NCBI GenBank assembly: GCA_046759445.1
Contig: JBHICG010000032.1
Coordinates: forward strand, 1-35,071
From: Candidatus Scalinduaceae bacterium
GTDB taxonomy: Bacteria; Planctomycetota; Brocadiia; Brocadiales; Scalinduaceae
Reading direction: 5' to 3'
DNA length: 35,071 nt
In this document: piece after piece, positions 18,431 to 26,550 of the stretch
Position numbering within the stretch: the stretch's first letter is position 1
How the letters are laid out: each line of letters starts with the position of its first letter
Translations under genes and position numbers: made by a program
Notes under the pieces: generated by a model
Database searches by the model: none
Told to the model about the DNA's origin: nothing
What the model saw: only the letters and a program-made list of their open reading frames with translations

Positions 18431-20363
18431 TGCTAAGTTTTAAACCGAAAAAGAACCTTGCTCCTGCTGCCCTAAACCCCAAAATTTCATCATATTGAAT
18501 GTTCAGCAGGTTTTCAGACCTTGAGTAAATCTGTAAGTGTTTTGAGAAATCGTATGTAAATGTAGCATCCAGTTTATGGACACCTGTATTAGTCCTTATA
18601 GTTGGTCTTCCAGGAGGTGTTATTCCGCCACCATTTGTACCATCTCTAGAATTTCCAACTATCGTATCGTCAATGTTAAGGTTAAACTTATTTAGAAAGC
18701 TGTAATTGATATTGACAGAACCTTGCTTCCTCGGCTGTCTTATCAATTCCTTTTTTGACTTATCTCTGGTATTAATCCTTGTAAATGTACCCCTTAATGT
18801 TAACCCTTTAAATGGTTTAACTATGGCTTCGGCTTCAATTCCCTCAGTCCTTACAGAATCAATATTCTGTGCCCTGAATATAAATCCACCTGTATTAACG
18901 GCTTGAATAAGATTTGAGAATCTGTTGTTAAAATATGTTACTCCAAAGTAGAGCCTATCTTCCAAAAGGTATTGCTCAATGCCTACGTCGTAACTTTCGC
19001 TTTCCTCTGGTTCCAGTGTAGGGTCTCCAAAATTTGGAAAGAACAACTCATTTAGTGTAGGTCCCCTAAAACCTTTCCCATAATTAGCCTTGAATTTTGT
19101 ATCTGTTTCTTTCAGGAGATAGGCAAGCGAAAATTTTGGATTAACGTCTTTTCCATATGTGTTATTGTCATCTATCCTCACTCCTGCATTGAAGAAGAAC
19201 CTATCCCATAATTTTAATTGATTCTGAAAGTACCAACCTCTATTGATTATGGCTTCTTCAAAGGTACGATTATCAGCTTCCTGGTCTTCAAATTCAAAAC
19301 CAAATATAAAGGTATTGATATCTTTATATTTTATTGTATGCTGCCAGTCTCCCGTATAGATTTGTGTATCAAGACGGAATCTATTAAATGGACTTAAGGT
19401 TTCCGTCGTACCCGGGTTAGGCCTGTCAACACTTATCAAGTCAGCATCAGCAAACGAGAATTTTAGTTTGTGACTCCACCAGTCAGTTACATTGTGATTG
19501 AAAATTGCATTCAAGAAAAAATCCTCATTTTTAGAAAAACGGTTAGGGTCCTGCCGGAATGGCCCGTCATCGATTCCTATCATAGAATCGTTGTATCGTA
19601 GGGTGGTTTCAAAATATGATTTTTCGTTGATATTATACCCGAACCTTGAGGATATATTAGTCTTGTCATAATCATCATCAGCTCCGCGCCCGTCACTATC
19701 AATCCTTGCCACATCAACTGAATAATTAAAATTCTCTATACTTCCACTTGAGCTGATTGATTCATTAAATGTCTTTTCAAGGGTTCCAAATTCAGAACGA
19801 ATACTTAATTTCGGCTTCCCTTTGCCTTTCCTTGTGATTATATTTATTAAGCCTCCCATGGCATCGGAGCCATACAGAGTACTTTGCGGTCCCCTTACTA
19901 CTTCTATCCTCTCTATATTATCAGTCGTGAGGTTTGAGAAATTGAATGACCCTGTGGTTGGACTATTAACTTGCACACCATCGATCATAACCAAAACCTG
20001 GCTTGTACTAGAGCCTCTAATTGTTACGTTTGTTAGTCTACCGATAGAGCCGGACTTGCGTAAATTAAGGCCAGGTACACTTCGAAGGGCTTCAAATATA
20101 GTTGTTGCTTTTTGCTGTTCAATCTGTTCTCTTGATATTATGGTAACAGAATCTGCCAACTGACTGATTGGTGTTTCAGTCCTCGTTGCAGTCACAATTA
20201 TTTCCTCAATATCTTCCTCCACAAGTTCCGAAGAATTATTTTCATCTTTTTTGTTCAGGTTTTTTGTTTTTTCTTCTTCGAGATTAGGGCTATTCTGTGC
20301 ATAACTGAAATCAGAAAGAAAAATTAACGATGATGTAAAGAACACAATCAAATGATATTTCAT
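18426..20363 (-). CDS. btuB: TonB-dependent outer-membrane receptor, BtuB-like (cobalamin)
   Basis: Signal peptide, TonB box EEIIVTATR, plug motifs VLVMIDG and IERIEVVRGPQSTLYGSDAMGG, C-terminal beta strand; first gene after two cobalamin riboswitches. Confidence 0.88.
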   Translation of the reverse strand: MKYHLIVFFTSSLIFLSDFSYAQNSPNLEEEKTKNLNKKDENNSSELVEEDIEEIIVTATRTETPISQLADSVTIISREQIEQQKATTIFEALRSVPGLNLRKSGSIGRLTNVTIRGSSTSQVLVMIDGVQVNSPTTGSFNFSNLTTDNIERIEVVRGPQSTLYGSDAMGGLINIITRKGKGKPKLSIRSEFGTLEKTFNESISSSGSIENFNYSVDVARIDSDGRGADDDYDKTNISSRFGYNINEKSYFETTLRYNDSMIGIDDGPFRQDPNRFSKNEDFFLNAIFNHNVTDWWSHKLKFSFADADLISVDRPNPGTTETLSPFNRFRLDTQIYTGDWQHTIKYKDINTFIFGFEFEDQEADNRTFEEAIINRGWYFQNQLKLWDRFFFNAGVRIDDNNTYGKDVNPKFSLAYLLKETDTKFKANYGKGFRGPTLNELFFPNFGDPTLEPEESESYDVGIEQYLLEDRLYFGVTYFNNRFSNLIQAVNTGGFIFRAQNIDSVRTEGIEAEAIVKPFKGLTLRGTFTRINTRDKSKKELIRQPRKQGSVNINYSFLNKFNLNIDDTIVGNSRDGTNGGGITPPGRPTIRTNTGVHKLDATFTYDFSKHLQIYSRSENLLNIQYDEILGFRAAGARFFFGLKLSM

Positions 20364-20404
20364 TCATTCCTCCTTTTTCCCCTCGGAAAAAAGTTTTAGA
20401 AGAA

Positions 20405-20572
20405 CGTGTAAGACAGGTTTCCTGGCTTTCGGATCTTCCTACTTTCTGCACCTTCCCATCTCAATTCAAGTAGAGACAGTGGCATTTTACAGATTTCGTT
20501 ACCGATTACAGTTGCGGGGCAGCTCCCGTTACCCGAGAATGATTCGGGAGGGATTCCCTTATATCTCACACA
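20405..20572 (-). ncRNA. Cobalamin riboswitch (proximal; probably translational)
   Basis: Minus strand AAGGGAA...GCUGCCCCGCAACUGUA...GCCACUG...GGGAAGG...AGCCAGGAAACCUG (B12 box); closed by UGUGUGAGA/UCUUACACG; followed by a hairpin overlapping the GGAGG RBS of btuB. Confidence 0.93.
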
Positions 20573-20621
20573 TAATAAAAAAGTTTTTATAAAATGTTAT
20601 TGCAAATAATCACCTCCATTA

Positions 20622-20682
20622 CCCACGAAAACCACGAAATACTACGAAAGTATTTTTTGTGTCTTTTCGTGTGTTTTGTGGG
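20622..20682. repeat. Imperfect palindrome of three (C)ACGAAA units between the riboswitches
   Basis: CCCACGAAAACCACGAAATACTACGAAA / TTTTGTGTCTTTTCGTGTGTTTTGTGGG. Confidence 0.6.
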
Positions 20683-20702
20683 GACTGATCTCTTACGAAA
20701 AT

Positions 20703-20742
20703 AAAAAAACCCGAATCTTCGGTGGGAAGATCCGGGTTTTTT
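20703..20742 (-). terminator. Intrinsic terminator (expression platform of distal riboswitch)
   Basis: Minus strand ACCCGGAUCUUC-CCACC-GAAGAUUCGGGU followed by a U-run (7 U in total). Confidence 0.85.
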
Positions 20743-20804
20743 ACTGGTATTAGATTATGCATCATACCTTCACCTTCTTTACCATCGAAGAATTAGCGTG
20801 AAGC

Positions 20805-21002
20805 ATTTACGGGCAGGTTTTCTGACTATCGGTTCATCCTAAACACTGCGCCTTCCCAATCCCGATCAAGACTCGGGATACAGTGGCTTATTGTCCAGAG
20901 TTATTTCTAGACATGCAGCTTTCGTTACCGATTACAGCGGCGGGTCCGTGCCCTTTATAAGGGTCTTCCCTATTATCTCGCCATATGCGAGCACCCGTAA
21001 AT
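20805..21002 (-). ncRNA. Cobalamin riboswitch (distal; probably transcriptional)
   Basis: P1 AUUUACGGG/CCCGUAAAU; CUCGC..GCGAG hairpin; AUAGGGAA; CGGACCCGCCGCUGUA; GCCACUG; GGGAAGG; AGUCAGAAAACCUG. Confidence 0.95.
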
Positions 21003-21041
21003 TGTTTTAAATTGTCAAAGTCCAATTAACTAAGGCTAGTG

Positions 21042-21070
21042 ATTATACAAAAGCGAAAAAATATTGTCAA
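21042..21070 (-). promoter_or_regulatory. Sigma70 promoter of the B12 operon leader
   Basis: Perfect TTGACA-17 nt-TATAAT on the minus strand, 40 nt before the distal aptamer. Confidence 0.8.
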
Positions 21071-21075
21071 TGAAA

Positions 21076-22203
21076 TTAATTGCATAGCTTAGTTATTAAT
21101 TGTTCTATTATGAGGGGCGGAGATAGACGGCTTGTTTTACATAGGAGGTCTGCCTCCAACATATCTTTCCATTTTTCAGGCATTTCTTCTTCTACAAAAT
21201 TATGAGCCTCATTCAAAAACTTATCAATAAAGGGTCTTCTAACAGAAACATTTTTTAAAATATCTTCTTTGCTACCACCCTTATCCAAAATCTTTAAAGC
21301 CTTCCATAAATCTCTCATTCTTTTATGTATTGAATTTATCATTATTATAGCAATTGATTTTTCATCATATGTAATATTTTTGTTTTCATTTTCCATTCCA
21401 TTATCAAAAATGTTTTTTGTTACCTTTATGGCAAGAGAAGCATCCTTCATTCCAATTGCATCAAGCAAGTTATAAAGCTTTTCTCTGTGACTTATTCCTA
21501 ATAGTTTTTGAATGTCTTCTATTGTAATTTCATTCCTATTGCCGATGTAAATGGATAATACATCTATTTGTTTATCGATGATGGCCAGATTGTTTCCAGT
21601 TTTTTCCAGGAGGTAAAAAGCCGTTTTTAGATTCATCATTTTATTGTAACTCTTGACATGCATAGCAACCCACCTTGTTATTTCACTGTCGTATTCTGGT
21701 TTGTTCTTTTCCCAGGGTGCAGGACTATCATATAATCTATTACACTCGATAAGAATACCACGTTTATTGTCCAATGCCTTTGCCAATTTCGTCCTTTTGT
21801 CTATGGATAGAACATCTAAAATCAACCAGTTAGTGTTATAGGGATTTTTAATATATTCTAAAAGCTTGTCCTGATACCTACTTAAAAAATTATCAGCATT
21901 TTTAACAATTACCAGTTTATGTTTTCCAAACATAGAAGTGGTTCTTACTTCGTCGAGAATGTGATTAAATGATAAAATATATGTCTTGGTTCTTTCTTCT
22001 TCTACCCTTTCGGTTACCGCATTACCTGCAACGTCTTTACTATTAAATTCAAGAAAACCTTGTTCAGTACCTCCTTCAGAAAAGAATCGTTTTTTTATTT
22101 TAGCTAAAGTCTGTTGTTTGAGGAAATATTCATTTCCGCTTATTATATAAAATGGGTATTTGAGTATGTCCTTAGACTTATAAGCAAATTCGGCAAATTT
22201 CAC
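21076..22203 (-). CDS. holA: DNA polymerase III subunit delta
   Basis: YIISGNEYFLK, SMFGKHKLVIV, G.NL..I...I..L..Y, IT.EDI..L, L.DAI, L.AD..CKT; GTG start. Confidence 0.88.
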   Translation of the reverse strand: MKFAEFAYKSKDILKYPFYIISGNEYFLKQQTLAKIKKRFFSEGGTEQGFLEFNSKDVAGNAVTERVEEERTKTYILSFNHILDEVRTTSMFGKHKLVIVKNADNFLSRYQDKLLEYIKNPYNTNWLILDVLSIDKRTKLAKALDNKRGILIECNRLYDSPAPWEKNKPEYDSEITRWVAMHVKSYNKMMNLKTAFYLLEKTGNNLAIIDKQIDVLSIYIGNRNEITIEDIQKLLGISHREKLYNLLDAIGMKDASLAIKVTKNIFDNGMENENKNITYDEKSIAIIMINSIHKRMRDLWKALKILDKGGSKEDILKNVSVRRPFIDKFLNEAHNFVEEEMPEKWKDMLEADLLCKTSRLSPPLIIEQLITKLCN

Positions 22204-22306
22204 AATGAAATCATAATGGCTTTTAGTGTTTTTTGCAAAGTAGAAATTGGATATCGTCTAACTATATTATTGTTAGAGATAATTTGGAATATTTTTCTCA
22301 AAGATA

Positions 22307-22334
22307 TTGACATGATTACACTTATATGTATAAT
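22307..22334 (+). promoter_or_regulatory. Putative sigma70 promoter of HU/IHF gene
   Basis: TTGACA-16 nt-TATAAT. Confidence 0.55.
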
Positions 22335-22427
22335 ACTTTTCATATGATCAGTTCTGTTTCTTATTCTTTTTTTTAATAGCATGGGGTTAGTATTCTGAAA
22401 CCTTTTTTGGGGGGGGGTAATAGAAAT

Positions 22428-22718
22428 ATGGTTACAATAACAAAGAGAGAAATTGCAGAGTCTATTTCTCAGAAATTAGGAAACCAACAAGTAAATACGA
22501 AGCAAATAATTCAATTATTCTTGGATTTGTGTATCGAAGAACTTGCAAAAGGTAACCGATTAGAATTCAGAGATTTTGGGATTCTTACTATAGTTGAAAG
22601 AGGTTCAAGGGTTGGAAGAAATCCAAAGACAGGGGTAATTGTATCTGTTCCTCCAAAAAGAGTTGTAAGGTTTAAATCAGGTAGACTTCTAAAAGAAAAG
22701 GTTCAAAAAATGGCTTGA
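22428..22718 (+). CDS. HU/IHF family DNA-binding protein (IHF-beta-like)
   Basis: TKREIA, RLEFRDFG, GRNPKTG, VRFKSG. Start moved to ATG 22428. Confidence 0.93.
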   Translation: MVTITKREIAESISQKLGNQQVNTKQIIQLFLDLCIEELAKGNRLEFRDFGILTIVERGSRVGRNPKTGVIVSVPPKRVVRFKSGRLLKEKVQKMA

Positions 22719-22745
22719 TAAATTTATTTATCTGCTATTTTTAAC

Positions 22746-23453
22746 CTAATCTGTAATATTCTTGCTTTGACTGGAAATTTCAAAATGCTCGAGTTTGGCA
22801 GGTCGAGTCTTTGTTAAAAATGCAGAGAGATCGTTTATGCTCGGGAATATCATGTCTGCGCTTTTTAAATAATCTTGTGGGAGGGAGGTTTGTACTGCGA
22901 AGCATTTCAATCCTGCACTCTTTGCTGAAGCGATACCTGCCGGCGCGTTTTCAATTACTAAACAGTTTTCTTTTCTGACGTTCAACTCATTTACGGCTTT
23001 TAAGTATGGTTCCGGATTAGGCTTACCATTACTTACCATATCTCCAGTAATAATAACTTCAAAGATGTCCTCAAGCCCCATCTGTAAAACCTTTTTAACA
23101 ACCTCTAATCGAGTACCTGTTACCAGAGCGATATGGTAATTGTTTCTGTGCAATTCAGATAAAAGTTCCTTTGAACCCTTCATTAGTTTTACGGTAAATA
23201 TGTCTTTAAATATCTTCCGCTTAAGTTTAAGTACTTTTCTGATCATCTCACTGGAAAGAAATTTGTCGTTTTTACTAGCCAGTTCTTTTATCGTTTCTTC
23301 GCCTGTCATACCTTCCATAAGATAAATGTCAAGGTCAGTTACTGACATTCCTATAGTTGATAGTGACTTTTTCCATGATTTGATATGATACGGCATACCG
23401 TCAACGACAACACCGTCCATATCGAAGATAACTGAATTAATGTTTTTCATCAT
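22746..23453 (-). CDS. HAD-family phosphatase (beta-phosphoglucomutase-like)
   Basis: IFDMDGV motif I, ALVTG, KPNPEPY, VIENAPAGI..A..AG. Confidence 0.9.
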   Translation of the reverse strand: MMKNINSVIFDMDGVVVDGMPYHIKSWKKSLSTIGMSVTDLDIYLMEGMTGEETIKELASKNDKFLSSEMIRKVLKLKRKIFKDIFTVKLMKGSKELLSELHRNNYHIALVTGTRLEVVKKVLQMGLEDIFEVIITGDMVSNGKPNPEPYLKAVNELNVRKENCLVIENAPAGIASAKSAGLKCFAVQTSLPQDYLKSADMIFPSINDLSAFLTKTRPAKLEHFEISSQSKNITD

Positions 23454-24783
23454 CCAGTAACTCCAAGGCGTATTTTATAGGAACCCCAAAATTTGCACCT
23501 CTAAAACCTCTGAAAATTCCATAATTTATGGCGGTTACTTTGCCTTTATTATTAAAAAGAGGACCTCCGCTGCCACCAACAGTTGTTTGTGCATCATATA
23601 TAATTCTTTCTTTTAAAACATCGCTTATGTGTCCTTGGGTTGATAAAGGTTTTATTAAACCACGGTTGGATAGCTCTTGTGCTGCTTCAATGAAAGGTAA
23701 TTTTGCTATCTCTTGAGCAATGTCTGGATCAGTCTTTGCAAGAATAGCATTCAACCCAGCAGGGTAGCCTAATAATACAACAGGTTCTCCTTCAGTAGCA
23801 TCAATACCACTTAAATCTAATTTAAGTACAGGGATGTCTATCCCTTCAGGATTAAAACTTAGGAGGGCGACATCGGAATCTTCAGAAAGCTTTTCGACTT
23901 TAAGCGGGAAAGGTTTTTTCACGTTTGGGAAAAATGCCCTGAACTCCTCAAACCTGGGTTTGAGCCCTTGTTCTATAGAAATAAAATATGCCTTTTTCTG
24001 CCACCAAGGTTCTGCAATATGGCGATTTGTTAGAATTTTTCCATCTTTGCTTACTAAAAATCCTGTTCCAGTATAGTCATTTGTTAGTAGATGGCCATCA
24101 CCCCATGCCTTTAACGGCTCACCTGTCTTATCAATTAATGAAAATGAACCCTGGATTAGACATACACCAGCGCTAAAAGTTTTAATTATTTTTTCTGCAA
24201 CAGTACTTTCAAATTCTAAAACTTCTACTCTTTTTGTCGTTTCTGTTAATAGGGAATATCCAGTATAAAATAGTATAATAATTCCACTAATTATGACGAG
24301 GAAAATTAAAGAACTAACAATTTTGAATTTTAGCGAAGATTGTGTAAAGGCTTCGACTAGTAAGCTTTTGAAAAATACCAGTGCCGTAGTTAGTCTTCGA
24401 CCTCTGTAAGGTTCTCTTGCAATGTCCATGGAATCTGCTAGCATTTCTCTGAATGGCTTACATACATCTCCTTCTTCGGTTTTTATCCTGAAACGTATTC
24501 TTGGTCCATCTTCACCATATTCAATAAGGTCACCATCATGCAGAACTACTTCATTTATCAACCTATTATTTACAAGAGTCCCTCTAGCACTATTAAGGTT
24601 CTTTAAAATATAGTCACAATTTTCGAGATGAATTTCAGCATGTACAGGATTGGTATTCTTATCTTTAGCGGGATCAAATATTAAATTACACGAAGAGTCA
24701 GTTCCAACAATAATCCGTGAATTAGTGAAGAACTCAGTTTTACCTCTTTTGCTACCAGATAGATGTACAAAAATGGCTTTCAT
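23437..24783 (-). CDS. FHA-domain, single-TM, trypsin-like serine protease
   Basis: N-terminal FHA fold (HAEI...GTLVN...LHDGDLIEYG), TM at ~aa 154-175, triad GTGF..LTNRH / DVALL / GGSGGPL; no PDZ. Confidence 0.88.
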   Translation of the reverse strand: MKAIFVHLSGSKRGKTEFFTNSRIIVGTDSSCNLIFDPAKDKNTNPVHAEIHLENCDYILKNLNSARGTLVNNRLINEVVLHDGDLIEYGEDGPRIRFRIKTEEGDVCKPFREMLADSMDIAREPYRGRRLTTALVFFKSLLVEAFTQSSLKFKIVSSLIFLVIISGIIILFYTGYSLLTETTKRVEVLEFESTVAEKIIKTFSAGVCLIQGSFSLIDKTGEPLKAWGDGHLLTNDYTGTGFLVSKDGKILTNRHIAEPWWQKKAYFISIEQGLKPRFEEFRAFFPNVKKPFPLKVEKLSEDSDVALLSFNPEGIDIPVLKLDLSGIDATEGEPVVLLGYPAGLNAILAKTDPDIAQEIAKLPFIEAAQELSNRGLIKPLSTQGHISDVLKERIIYDAQTTVGGSGGPLFNNKGKVTAINYGIFRGFRGANFGVPIKYALELLDDEKH

Positions 24784-25352
24784 TTGGTTTTTTTAACAAA
24801 ATGCTTATATACAATATCAGCAAAGGCATTTAATCCTTTCACATCTTTGCCTAGCTTTGATATCTTATTTTCAAGTTCCATCTTATTTTTGAAATTCTTT
24901 GAGACATATTCAGCTACGAATGTTTGAGCAGAAATAAAATTCATATCAGAACCTTTATCGTTAGGAGTCTGGGAAATCTTATATGCTACTAAATTTGTAA
25001 TCGTCTTTAATGTTATATCTTTCTTACTACTTATGCTATCTTTCACTGCATCAAAACTCAAATGGACTCTATCAGTATAGCATTGATAAACGGTATCCGC
25101 AAAAGCCTGCATTCCTTTTATGCCTCCGTCCAATTGTGACAATCTCTCATAAAATTCATCCATACTATCAAAGTTCTCTGAAACAAATTCTGCCATAGTT
25201 TTTTCCGCAGAAAGGAAATTATTTTCTGGTCCTTTATCATAGATACTTTTGGATATTTTAAATGCTACAATATCTGCGATAGATTTTATAGTAGCATCTT
25301 TACCGTTGTGAATCTTATTTCTAATTGTTTCAATATCCAGTTTTCCCTTCAT
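24780..25352 (-). CDS. Hypothetical protein made of two ~90-aa tandem repeats
   Basis: KDATIKSIADIVAFKIS..DKG...NFLSAE...AEFVS.NF...KG..AFAD.VY is repeated as KDITLKTITNLVAYKIS..DKG...NFISAQ...AEYVS.NF...KG..AFAD.VY. Confidence 0.85.
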   Translation of the reverse strand: MKGKLDIETIRNKIHNGKDATIKSIADIVAFKISKSIYDKGPENNFLSAEKTMAEFVSENFDSMDEFYERLSQLDGGIKGMQAFADTVYQCYTDRVHLSFDAVKDSISSKKDITLKTITNLVAYKISQTPNDKGSDMNFISAQTFVAEYVSKNFKNKMELENKISKLGKDVKGLNAFADIVYKHFVKKTK

Positions 25353-25360
25353 CGAAGTGC

Positions 25361-25390
25361 ATTATACTATCACTAAAATATATAAGTCAA
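25361..25390 (-). promoter_or_regulatory. Putative sigma70 promoter giving a nearly leaderless transcript
   Basis: TTGACT-18 nt-TATAAT with only 8 nt between the -10 box and ATG 25352; no SD. Confidence 0.5.
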
Positions 25391-25593
25391 CTGTGATATA
25401 TCATAACTTTTTTAAAGTTTTTAGATGTTTTTTTAAAGGACTGTTTTTAGAAAGGAAGTAAAATCTGGTTAGAAGTGACAGAAGATACGTAATTAGTTCA
25501 GCAAACTAGACAATATAATTTTAACACTAATTTTATTCTTGTATATAAGAAAGTAGGTAAGTTATAGTTTTTGAGGAAGTTTAGTTGAATAAA

Positions 25594-25624
25594 GGACTTC
25601 AGGGCATTTTTGGCCCTGAAGTCC
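25594..25624 (-). terminator. Intrinsic terminator after gene 25644..25994
   Basis: 12-bp perfect stem GGACTTCAGGGC/GCCCTGAAGTCC followed by UUUAUU on the minus strand. Confidence 0.7.
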
Positions 25625-25643
25625 CAATTGCTAAGATTTGAAA

Positions 25644-25994
25644 TTAGTGGCCCTCACCAGCGTGAAGTCCTTCAGCTCCTAACTCAAATGTTACTTGGAT
25701 GATTTCACCAGGATTAACTATTATTTCCTGAGATCCCGACCCACCATGTGGGCCTGTACAAGAAACTGTATATACACCTTTGTTTACCTGAAATACATAG
25801 TTTCCATTGTGGCCGGTAGTTTCAGATTCATCTCCCACACTCACTTCAGCATCATGAATTGGCGCGCCAAGCGCTATCACCTGTACTGTTACTCTTGCAG
25901 GCTCTTCATAATAAGCTGAGCTAATATTGCTTAAACAAAAAATTAAACCAGATGCCAATAGCGTCATAAAAACGTATTTACTTTTGCTTAACAT
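25644..25994 (-). CDS. Secreted carboxypeptidase-regulatory-like (prealbumin-fold) domain protein
   Basis: Signal peptide; GAPIHDAEVSV..TTGHNGNY.F.V..GVYTV pattern. Confidence 0.7.
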   Translation of the reverse strand: MLSKSKYVFMTLLASGLIFCLSNISSAYYEEPARVTVQVIALGAPIHDAEVSVGDESETTGHNGNYVFQVNKGVYTVSCTGPHGGSGSQEIIVNPGEIIQVTFELGAEGLHAGEGH

Positions 25995-26139
25995 AGTATT
26001 TCCCCTTTCTTTAAATTAAAAAGACATTTAAATTACGATAAAACTCATTTTATAATCATTTATGTTTATTGTACGGCTAGTATCACCCCCTCTCATCTTG
26101 AGAAGTTCTTTTAGCCTAAAGACAATTTTGATTTTCAAG

Positions 26140-26167
26140 ATTATACAGTAAAACGTATTTTCGTCAA
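26140..26167 (-). promoter_or_regulatory. Putative sigma70 promoter of gene 25644..25994
   Basis: TTGACG-16 nt-TATAAT on the minus strand. Confidence 0.4.
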
Positions 26168-26550
26168 GATATTTTCTGTGTTATTCAGGCGATTAGGATA
26201 AGGCTTTAAACTGAGCAATACCTTAAACGTTGATAATGAGTTATTTTACAAATTATAATTGAGAAAAGTCCTTATAATCAAGAACAAAAATGAGTTCTTA
26301 TATTAGAAAAAAAGTTTTATCTTCTGCGTAATCAAAGAGATAGTGGGTACATATTTATTGTAAAAGAACATAAAAGGAAAGAGAGCATTGAATACGTCCA
26401 ATATGAGAATCTATTACTAATTCTATAAAATTCCGCTTAGCATATGGTGGTTTCTATTTGGGAAAATATAAAATTCTTCTACAGATACGTTATCTAATTT
26501 ATTTAATAAATGGACATTTCTTTCGCATGCCTTGGAATTGTTTTAAGTGA

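Noticed and set aside
20622..20682. CRISPR-like repeat array
   Set aside because: Units are ~10 bp with no spacers and form a palindrome; no cas genes in the window.
26200..26500. Long AT-rich intergenic region as possible sRNA or origin
   Set aside because: No stable structure, DnaA-box cluster or known RNA motif recognised.
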